From positions 1,364,001 through 1,428,000 of the forward strand of contig CM039004.1 of NCBI GenBank assembly GCA_017499595.2: DNA of 64,000 bases. Reading direction: 5' to 3'. A program made the position numbers and the translations under genes. Below, piece after piece: positions 53,828 to 64,000 of this stretch. Numbering within the stretch: the stretch's first letter is position 1; the number at the start of each line of letters is the position of its first letter. Under the pieces are notes generated by a model. That model saw only the letters and a program-made list of their open reading frames with translations, made no database searches and was not told the DNA's origin. Origin of the DNA: Psilocybe cubensis. Taxonomy: Eukaryota.

Positions 53828-55243
53828 CTCATGAGCCATGACATTTTGGTTTTGGTTATCCGAGCGTCCCGATGACAATCCACCCAGGAAATGTTGTGGA
53901 GGGTTCGACATGTAGCCATCTGTTCAATCTCGTGCTAAGTACTTAGCTTAGGACCCCGACTAAAGTCTCCCGAGGGCTGGACATGCATACCCCTATGTCT
54001 GTGTCTGTACTATGTATGTCATTGTCAGATGTCAACCTTGAACCAACGCTCTCTATCAGTATCACGAATCATGGATACAGCACTCGCACTTGCCTGGGTT
54101 CTGGTGTCGCGCGTAATCTTGGAGCTGGGAATGGTGCCCTTGTATAGTTTCATCTTGAAACCGGAACCGGAGGAAGAGCTGTCTTTAGTCTGTTGTGGCG
54201 CGTCAAATAAATGTTATACTGTGGCTTGTAACCTGTTTGTATGGACGTGCCAGTGGACTTGACATGATAATTTGGTTTTTATCGCGTTATTTCCTGGCGA
54301 TCTGTAGAGATTTCTTCGGTGTTTACTGCTTTGAGGTCTTGTTCGCCTTATCCCACCGAACAGAACGCAGTCTAAAATGTGGAGCGTCTCTTTTGATTGG
54401 AAACGCAAAAAATAGGGAAAAGCGCTCGTACTTATTTGCCAAGTTCAACGAGTCTCTTTGGTGGTATCCAACGCTATATACTGGGTGGGGCCGGGCATAT
54501 CAATCCAACCGGTCCCTCGCACAACCGGACAAACTCTAGTAATTCAAACAAACGCGCTTCTGGATTTACACGGTGCTACACGGTCTTTCTATGTGTGTCC
54601 TGTGTTCTGTGCCAAGCCGACTGCGTCTAACTTTTTTTTTGTGCGAGGGTTCTCGCGGTGCGCAGTGGTTTACTTGGAGTGAGTGGCGATGTGGAGTGTG
54701 GGCGTGGATGATCGTCTAGGCCTTTGGGAAATTTCTAGGTGCGCAACTCCAGAGAACATGTACGCGTAAAACGTAGCTTGTGAGGTTGAACCGACGATTT
54801 CTTTGCGTCTTTACAGTAATTCGATTTTCTAGAACTACCCAGCTATACTTTACTTTTTCCTGGAGAAAGGAGAAAATGAAAAAAATTATAGTTGGCATTT
54901 CATTAATTTTGCTTAATCCTCTATCAAGGTTGATAGTAGTATTAGCTCTGGCTATATAGAATCGCCACCATGCTTCTTTGCAGACGGTATCTGCTGCGAA
55001 GCGTGATATGCTTTTTGAGCGTGATTGAACGTATTAAATGCGGCGGCGCCAAAAGAGAGTAAAGATAATACGCTGCTCAGTGGTATGGGCAAAGAGAGGC
55101 TTTGCAAGTCGCTCCGGCTGTAGTAATTTGTGGCACTCTAGTAATAATTGTTTCGTACATACATTGTGCATTTAACTTGATACAGATTTTATAATTTTAC
55201 ATCCTAGATCCACGGACACCCATAGGATAAGAAGCAGACGAAA

Positions 55244-55987
55244 TCAAGACGCGCTCGGAGCGGGGTCTGCGGGGCGAGGCTTGAGGAGTTCTGTGTGCAA
55301 AGGCCAAGGTCTGCCCATCCAGGACATGAGCTCCGTGTGGTCTCTATACGGGTCGTTGGTATTTGGATGTATGAGCACGCTGGATGTGAAGAAAAAGGAA
55401 TTGTGAAAGAAATGAGAATGTATTAGAGAAGATACCGTTATTGACCGAGTAGATCAAAAAAGTGATGTTCGATAGGAAGGAGAAGCACAGAGCATCAGTG
55501 ATGTGCGCGGGTGTTTTCAGAGACGGGTGCTTACGAGCATGGGCCCCGATGGACGGTTAGCCAAGAGAAAAAGGCGCCGGTCTGGTGTGGGGTAAAGGTG
55601 TTGACTTCGAACATGGCGGTGGGATGAGGGCCTGTGTGAAAGTAAGAGAACTGGTGAGAGAGAGAGAGATGGGCATACACGGACCTACTGGACGGTCCCA
55701 GAAGCGGTAGATGCGCAGCTCTGGAAATTCTCTGCGAATGCGCTCATGGAGCTCACGTGCATACTGGGTCTCTGCATGGTTGGAGGGCATGTAGTATACT
55801 GTAGAGAGTGGGTGAGGGGAGTGGAATGAGGGGAGGGAGACGCACTGTGAAAGTCAAAGCCGTTGTTGGAGGAGATGATGGGGGCGGGGAATTCATCGTA
55901 GGCGGGAGATCTTGCCGGGGCGGGGGGATTGAAGAGAGACTTGCCGTCTGGATTGAGGGTGGAGGGGAGGGGAGGAGCGTTCGTCAT
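55244..55987 (-). CDS. DOPA 4,5-dioxygenase family protein (fungal DODA type)
   Basis: Spliced GFDFHIYY...YARELHERIRREFPELRIYRFWDRPVGPHPTAMFEV...FFSWLTVHRGPCSVLIHPNTNDPYRDHTELMSWMGRPWPL; the FHIY, GPHP, IHP and DH metal-binding histidines are present. Confidence 0.88.
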
Positions 55988-56186
55988 GTGCAGGTCGCGT
56001 GTGGTGAGCGCGATCGGGGAGTGATCGGAGGTCGAGTGCAGGTGAGAATGGCAGGCGTTGTGGGAGAGTGATTGATGGTTACAGACTCATTAGCAGACAG
56101 AGAGTGTGTGGGAAAGCAGAAAAAGGAAGAATTAGCACCAGTAGAAACGCTCTTCCCTCCATCTCTCCCGAGGCCAGTGTGCGTTC

Positions 56187-59100
56187 ATGAAATCAGCCAG
56201 CTCCTCCTCGAATAGCTGGATACACAGGGCCCGCGACTCAAATTACTCTCCCCCTCTTACTCCCACCTACATCGCCCCCAGGTCCGCCCCAAAGCCACCC
56301 ACCAACACCGCCCTCCCTGCCCCCTCCCCCGCCAAATCTCCCTTCAGGTCTGGCTTTTCCTCTGTCTTCCGTAAACCCGGCAAGCCTCCATCCATCAACT
56401 CCGCCTACTCCGCTTCCACCACTACTTCCGACACCGACAACCACAGCGTAAACCATCCCTACTCTTCCATCCACATGCCTCCTCTTCCCGTCGTCTCTAC
56501 CCATGCGCCCCCAGAGGACGACGATGAGTGCCCTGTCTGTCTCGAGCCCCTCAGCTTCAGCTTCAGGCTCCCCGGCGAAAAACCTCACATCGTCCCAGAG
56601 TGTGGCCATGCTCTCCATGAAGTTTGTTCTTCCCTCTTATCTCTTTTTTCTTCTTCTTTCTGACCCCTTCCGTTAGGCCTGTTTCGTCGCTGTCTATGGC
56701 CCCCCTCCCAGCCAGCAGTCCAGAGCTGTCCCTCGCAAGTCAAACCTCGGCGTGTGTGGTGTCTGCAGGCGTCCCATGAAGGTCGGCGATGGCGATGGTG
56801 GCAAGTCTAACAGTCCGTCTATTTTTTTTTCTCTTCTTTTTTCTATTGTTCATCGCCTTCCGATCAGAACTCGCCGCCCTCACTGGCATGGGCGACAGTC
56901 GTGCTGCCCCTCTCTATCCAGGTCGCGACACCCCAACAAGTCGAGCTCGCAAACCAGCTCGTCCCTACGATCCCTCCGAAGACGATCCTCTCGATCACAC
57001 TGGCTCCGTAAAGTCCAACCCCTCCCAGGACCATGCTCAGTACATCGTCGCTCCCTCTATCCAAGTCCGACCAGAGTTTTCCTCCCTCACCCGCACAAGT
57101 GACGCAAACCAGCCCCTTACCTGCATAGTTGTCATCGAACTTCCTGGCAAGCGCCCATCTGCTAGCGTACCCGGTCCCGTTATTCCCGACAATTATGGCA
57201 GAAATGGAAACATTCCCCACAGCCACCTCCGCAACGACGCCAGTTCAGGCCACTCCAGTCCCCATCCGGACCAGCAGCGCCAGCGCCTTCAGCAGCACCA
57301 GCGAAACTATGAGGATACCTCTCCTAGCGGCTACCAAACCAGGCAGCTCTCAACCCCACAGACCGAAAAGTACGCTTCCTCCTCAAATGGCCACGACTCT
57401 GCTGTCTACGGCCCCAATACCCTAATTCATTCCGAGGAAGACTCTCCGTTCACTGCAATTACGGAGGATTTACGAAATCGCATCATCGACTGGAAGGGTC
57501 ACCCGCTTTCGGATCTTGGGCCCCTGCAGATGTACGATCTCCTCTCAGTCCGCCGTGATTCTGCCATCCGCGAGTTCTACGTTTACCTGTTCAAGGAAGC
57601 TATCATTTGCGTCGTTGAAGAGAAGAAGCGCGGTCTCGGTCGCCTCTTGTCCAATGCATCTGGTCTCACAGAGGGAAGCAACGCGTCCGTGTCAGGTCAA
57701 TCCAAGGGCGTACTGCGGCTCAAGGGAAGAATCTATGTGAGGCACATTAAGAACGTCACAGCATCATCCGCGGCTGGAGAAATGAGCCTGACGATTGACA
57801 TGGAAGACGAGCTCGCTTCTTTCATCTTAATTTTCAAGGAGCGCGCGTCACTTGAAGCTTGGAGAAACAACATCCAAGCGCTCGTCAACATGTTCCAGTC
57901 CCAAAACGGCACGCGGCACCAGGAGCCCCCGCGGCCTTTGGACATGGAAGAGTTTGGTGGCAGCGAAAAGGCCATGCGGATGTTGAGCGGCAGTACACAG
58001 ACGACCGTCAGCACCGTCGACAGCCTGCTCAACGGGAACGGCTCTTCAAGGTCAACAATGTCTTCATCAACATCACACGGCTCGATCATGGCCCGCCAAC
58101 AGCCAAATGCCAACAAGCTCGCGACCCTAGGCGAGGACGACGAACTGAGCGCGTACGACTCCCCCACAAACCTAGTCACGCCACATACCTCTACCGGGCC
58201 TTCGAATTCGCTCTCACCGCTACCGCACCCGTCGATGGATCTAATTTTGGTCATTTCGCTTCCGCCACCGTCTGCTCTGCCGAGTACTGCTCAACTTAAG
58301 ATTCGTGTGATCAAAGCGACCCTGGACTTTATTGTGGCTTCTCTGGGACCCAAGGATCGCCTCAGTTTGGTCACCTTTGAAGTAGGCGTCGGCGGCAGGG
58401 TCAGAAAGTGCCCGTTCCTCAGCGTCGGCAGAGCACACAGCCGGCAGAGGCTCGAGAAGTTTATCGACGAACTTGGTGTCAAACTTGAAGAGTCGCAGGA
58501 TGAATTTTTGGTGAGAGGATCCAAAGAAGAGAAGACCGACGTCGTTACGGCTGTGAACCACGGTACGCTTGTTTGATATGAGGATCTTTGACATTCAACC
58601 CTGTTTTCTCACTTCTTGTCTTCTTAGGCCTGGATGTCGTGCTCCAGCGCAAAGCCCGCAACCCTGTTTCTGGATTGATTCTCGTCAGCGATGCTTCGGA
58701 CAGCACCCGGCGCGCGCAGATGGACCTCGTTCTCGCCCGAGCTGAGGCCGCCAACGTGCCGATCCACTCGTTCGGATACGGACGCTCACACGACCCCGCA
58801 TCGCTCTGGCTCATGTCCAACCACACCAGCGGCACATATACCTTTGTCAAAGACTGGTACGATCTCCGCGACTGTGTCGCGGGGTGCGTCGGCGGCATGA
58901 TGTCCATCGGGCTTCTGAACATGAAGCTCCATCTCAAGATCGTCGATGGCCAGCGCTTCCGGATCCGCAAGGTCTCCGGCGGGCCGCAGTCCATCCTCTC
59001 CGCGGACGGGCAGAACGTGGACGTGGATGTCGGCGAGCTGCGGTACGGCGAGCGCAAGGAGATGCTGATCGAGCTCGAGCTGGACAACGCGGATCAGCAG

Positions 59101-59890
59101 AAGCTTCAGCAGCAGCGGCAGCAGCAGAACCGCGCGATGAACGCGACAGACGCGTTCGTGCACGCCATGGGGCTCGATGCGCTCGCCATCGACGACGCGC
59201 CGGACTTTGTGGATGGGATGATGGACCGCATGATCGACGAGGTGCCGGTGATTGAGGTCGACGGGTCGTTCTTTGACCCCGCGGCGGCGAAGACGGTCTC
59301 GCGCCTCGCGCATCCTGTGTTGCTGACGGTCACGCTGCTGCCGATGGCGAGCGGCCCGCAGCGCCCGCCGTCGGCGGTGTCGGACCCGGTGATTGTGAGG
59401 AGGAGGATGGAGCTTTTGGCGTCGGATATGATCACGCGCTCGCTTGTGCTGGTGTCGAGAAGGAATTTCCCGCAGGCGCAGAGGATTATGGGCGAGACGA
59501 AGCGGATCTTGCATACGGTGCTCCAGAGCGTCTCGCGCTCGCTGCCTGCACCGAACAGTGGTGGAGGCGGGGGCAGGAATCGTAAAGAACTCCTTACGCT
59601 TGGAACGGTGCGCGCGATCCAATCGATCTTGCAGGATTTGCAAATTCTGTCCGAGGCACTGGAAGATAATGTTGAGCTGTTTGCTCATGATCAGCGTAAC
59701 TTTGGTGCTCAGCAGGTGTGTAGTTATTTTTTTATGTTTTTTATTGCATCTTTTAATTATTTTATAGGCAATGATTTTGCGAGACCAAAAGAGCTGGAGC
59801 GGTAGAAGTGCGACAGAACGGCTATTCTGGACGACAGATAATTCTATCGAGCTGGTATCGAGAAGCACCGACTGGGTAGCTCGCGAGTAA
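56187..59890 (+). CDS. RING-H2 + PH + VWA protein (Far1/Ste5-like scaffold)
   Basis: RING CPVC...CGHALHEAC...CGVC; PH-like YVYLFKEAIICVVEEKK...LKGRIYVRHI; VWA-like MDLILVIS...DRLSLVTF...LILVSD...IHSFGYGRSHDPASLWLMSNHTSGTYTFVKDWYDL. Confidence 0.8.
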
Positions 59891-60788
59891 TTCTTGATTT
59901 CTTGCTCTTTGCCTCTTTTTTTCTCTTTTTATTTTTTTATTGTCTTTCATTTCTTTCCTACTCCTTTTTTTATTCTACTTGACGACTATAACGTGCTTTT
60001 TCCTATATCCTGTCGCCTTTTTTTCTTGTCCAGACAGATGTCACTCCTTTTCCTACATTGTACACCTATCATTTTCTTGCCGGCATATCCATCCCTCATC
60101 ACCGCCACTGTGACACCCTTCATCAGTACTTAACTATACACCGCGACGGACTCGTATATGCCATCCCTTTATCGATCACATCCAACTCAACTCGACCCGC
60201 GGAATTACAATTCACAACCCACTCTCTTTCCTATCCCCTTTACTTTCTCTTTTTTTGGTTACATATATGCCCTGTACAAGGCTACCTACACCTATCCTCG
60301 TACTCTAATCATTTTTTTATCACGCCACCTGCACTGCATCGATGCCGAGCTATTTTTTCTGCATCTGCATCTGCACCCACACTTGAAGTTGTAGATCTGT
60401 ATCTTGACTTACCTACCTACCAACCCCTGTGTCATTACCTCCGCTTGTGTATAGGCGTCACTCTTTTTTTTTACATCGGTCCCCGTTTGTGGTATCTACT
60501 ACTATGTCCATATCAAACAAAAAGTCCTTCATTCCATTGTCATCGCTGTCTCCGTATCGACTCTCCTCTCCCTTTCCCCCTTTGTCTGGTTTTAGCTTTT
60601 ATTCGGTTGTTGTACTGGTTTGGTTTTTTTTTTTTGATTACCTATTGTCTTGAGGTCTGAGGTCTCCGTGATAAAATAAATATATGGCGTGAAACGCGAC
60701 AAATGTATTGGTTTGATTTATTGATGTTCCTGGTCTAAGGTTTTACAAGCCGCTTTTGGTGTAGTTTGTAACAGTTTAACTATAATGT

Positions 60789-60849
60789 CATTGTCTTGTG
60801 CACATTATACTTCCTTCAATGAAGGAAGTATAATGTGCACAAGACAATG
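60789..60849. repeat. Perfect 30-bp inverted repeat with a 1-nt spacer (61-bp palindrome)
   Basis: cattgtcttgtgcacattatacttccttca-a-tgaaggaagtataatgtgcacaagacaatg; the arms are exact reverse complements. Confidence 0.95.
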
Positions 60850-61641
60850 GTTACTGATGGGAACGTAACTGCTTCTGACTTCGCTGACAGTTATCTGACC
60901 GGCACATCACTGGTTGGAGACACGTACTTTTGCCTCTTTTTCTTCAATTCAGAAAGATCATTCTTATGCGTCCTTGCGAACGCGCTGGACAGCCTTGGTG
61001 AGAGGGATTGTGACTCCGTCAAATAGTTGACAGTTGACAATTTTTCTACCCCTTTTCGGCAATTGATAACATGATAGCGGATTGAACTTTTATATATGAA
61101 TGTGGCAAAATATGAGAACTATTAGCAGTGTGATATGTCGTTCGCGAGAATGAGAAAGACATATACTCTGACGCGAAATGATTACTGTAGGATGGAATCT
61201 GCTGCTAACATTTCTAATTCTCTATGTCACTAGTATCGTTAAATCATAAGCACCCTAATAATTTCAATTGTTTTGAGGCTGAGGAAGAGCTAGAAACTAT
61301 TCAAAATGACAATTTTGCATGTCTGGTTATGTTCCTCCGTGATAAAAGTTGTGGGTACAATCATTTTGGCGACTTTAACATTGAGTTTGTTAGCACCTGA
61401 ACGGACGTGCGATAGCATATAATTTTTCTTACTCACGGCCATTCAGACTTTGCGGCGGTAGTTCGGGGACATGAGCTTTCAATCCTGGGATTCCATTCAC
61501 TACACCTTCCGATAGGCTGCCTGATGAGTCCTCATGCAAGATAATGATCCCCAATGGCATCCATATATCTGTTTGGTTGGGGTAGAGCGTAAGAATGCTA
61601 CAGTACGTTAGCACACTATTCTTCTAACACCATCACCAACG

Positions 61642-63098
61642 ATGGACGTGATACATCTAAACCCCAAGAGCAATAAGCAACACCTCCCCCAGGAGATATT
61701 TGACTGTGTAATTGACCATCTCCACGATGACACAAATGCGCTACGCGCATGCGCACTCGTCTCAGCCTCATGGCGCGCCTCTGCCCAGCAGCATCTCTTC
61801 CGCCGGATAACGCTCGGCCCATGGAAGAGAAAAACGCAATTCTTCGCCCTCCGTCCAGCGCCGTCGCCCTGCGCACGGCTCGTCGAATGTATACGCAACA
61901 GCGGCGCAGCAGCAAGCGTTGCACCGTACATCCACGAACTGCATCTCCAGGAGGGTATCGGTGCGCGCACTTGGTTTGAGCAGGAGAGCGTCATACTGGC
62001 CGCGCTCCTGCGTGCACTCTCTAACCTCCGCCGGCTGGACATCAGTCCCACGGTGGGGATGCACATATATTGGGAGCGCTTACCCGGCGATCTGAAAAGG
62101 GCACTGGAGGGGAGCATGAAGTTGGCGTCGTTGACGGAGCTGAAGCTCGGTGGTGTGGCATTCGTAGATTTTGGAGAGGTGCACGAGGTTTTGAGGAAGT
62201 GTGTGTTTTTGAGAGTACTAGAGGTGGACCATCTGCTGGTGCAGGATGAGAGTTTAGAGGAGTTATCCTCAGCACTTGCAGAAGCAAAATATGTGTACTC
62301 CGCCTCGGACCCCAGAAAGACAAAAGGAACACGAGATCGAACGCCTTTGGACGTGCTTGTTATTGGACCCAGGACTCCGACTGCATTTGTTGCTTTCCTG
62401 CTTGACGAAGCATCACCATTTGCAGTGGACGCGGTAAGAAAGCTGACAGCATCCCTCTCTGGAAGCTTTCCGGAGTTCGCGAGGCTGTTGCACGCCTGCA
62501 CGTCTGTTGAGAATCTAGAACTGACTCTCATGAACGACGGTGACCGCTCTTCCAACACGCAAATTTTTGTTGCTGACAATTCCCATTCATAGTAAGCCTT
62601 CAGGGATATTGGACGTTGCCAGACAACCAGCGCTTTGATTTATCTCAAGTACCGCGTTTGAAAAATCTCAAAGTTAACATCGACGTGTTGCAGAAAATGG
62701 ACGATCCACTACCTTGGTTGGGAGCTCTGTTCAGAACGGGGGTTGATGCATCCCTGCCGACGAGGCTAAACAAAGTCGAGTCAATTTGGATCGTGTATTC
62801 CATCTATCTCCCCGCACCATACATGGACAGGTCCGCCAATGTCGCGATATTCGATAAATGGAGGGATATAGATCGTATCCTGAGTGGTGAAAGTGACTCG
62901 ATCGAAGCAGAGAAACAGGGTATTATACATATAGATGGGCCGTATGGGAATTTGAACCGGGTCAAGTTGGATTTTATGTTGGAGAATCCGATCGGGTTTG
63001 GTATAGCACCGAGGTTTATGAGGGAGTTGGTGCTTGAAAGTCCTGGTTTGGAGAGAAAGGACATCCTGCGCGTGAAAGCGTTCGACACGAGTAAATAG
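61642..63098 (+). CDS. F-box-like protein with LRR-like region (2 exons)
   Basis: HLPQEIFDCVIDHLHDDTNALRACALVSASWRASAQQHLFRRITL; an intron at about 62540-62592 joins it to the 62616 ORF. Confidence 0.8.
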
Positions 63099-63727
63099 CC
63101 ATCAAAATATTCCTTTAGTCGATTAACATTCCGGGTAGCAGTGTGGAAGGGATCGTATTGTTATTATATAGATATATAGTAAAACTATGTCCTGGACGAA
63201 ATGAAAGGTACGCAGCTTTGAGGATGTTCGACTCATTCAAAACATCGTCCCGTTGGATACAAAGGTAGACATTCTGCAGAGACGCAATTTTATATTGCCG
63301 CATTGTTTAACGACCATGCATGTAGAGCAATCTTGTGCACGACGTTGATATACGCGGCGGTCCTCGTGAACTTGAAGCTTGAACTAAACAGGCTGACAAT
63401 AGCTGGAAGATGAAAACTGAGAGAAGTAACTAAAAAGATTTGTGTGATCCAATGAGAATATGCGAGATTAGAGAATGACAATGGGCGCTGAACATGCAAA
63501 ATAAATGTTCAGAGGAAAAAATGAGCCCCCACAATTTGTGTGTCAGCATTGTTGTGGACTGTTAGAAATCGAAGCCATTGTTAAGTGGGCCAATGACACG
63601 ATCGTGATCAATTGGTATTTCACGTTTATTACACACCGTCAATTGCGCGACTGGCTCGTTGACCTCTTCCCTTTCGTGCTGTTCGACCAAGGAGTTTCCT
63701 TTTAACAAGTTTCTCAAGTAAAACCCC

Positions 63728-64000
63728 ATGAGAAATTTGGCCGACACTGGAATCAGCCTACCTCCAAATCCTCATTTCCTTGACTTTCCGAGAACAGACG
63801 GAAATCCTAGCACATGGCCGCCGAATACAACGCGTATTGTTGATCATGAAGGACAGGTCAATTACTACGAACATGTAGGACTGGAACATTCTCAATCTAT
63901 CCGATGGAGAATGGCTATCGGAGATGCTGTTGGTTTGAAGTTGAAATTGGCTGGTAATCGCGATTGTTTTCACGCGGGCGCTAATACCTAAAATCTCATT
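63728..64000 (+). CDS. 5' part of a probable Clr2 (cryptic loci regulator 2)-like silencing protein
   Basis: FPRTDGNPSTWPPNTTRIVDHEGQVNYY...WRMAIG resembles, from memory, the N-terminus of basidiomycete Clr2-like proteins. Probable donor GTAATC at about 63954. Truncated by the window end. Confidence 0.5.

Noticed and set aside
58545-62579. Long antisense ORFs (58786-59868, 58545-59087, 61608-62579)
   Set aside because: Shadows of GC-rich coding sequence on the opposite strand.

Overview
Intron-rich fungal DNA, most likely from an agaricomycete (mushroom-forming basidiomycete), inferred from short GT-AG introns, micro-exons and the gene families present. Host genes in order: NDR kinase CBK1 (5' part), PRP4, an APSES-ankyrin (Mbp1/Swi4/Res-type) transcription factor, a TRP/Yvc1-like channel, a Ppo-type peroxidase-P450 fusion, COPI epsilon, two tandem F-box genes, STE20/PAK, TEL1/ATM, cystathionine beta-synthase, a DOPA 4,5-dioxygenase, a RING-PH-VWA (Far1/Ste5-like) scaffold, a third F-box-like gene and the start of a probable Clr2-like gene. 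The standout feature is an approximately 11.2-kb DNA transposon (about 1698-12899; CAC...GTG ends, TA flanks, subterminal repeats) inserted between the divergent CBK1 and PRP4 genes. It encodes a multi-exon CMC/CACTA-like DDE transposase with an N-terminal zinc finger, a convergent TET/JBP 2OG-Fe(II) dioxygenase containing a very CpG-dense 45-bp tandem array, and two unknown cargo genes. The element shows CpG-deamination-type damage. Exon boundaries were read by eye and no database searches were run.
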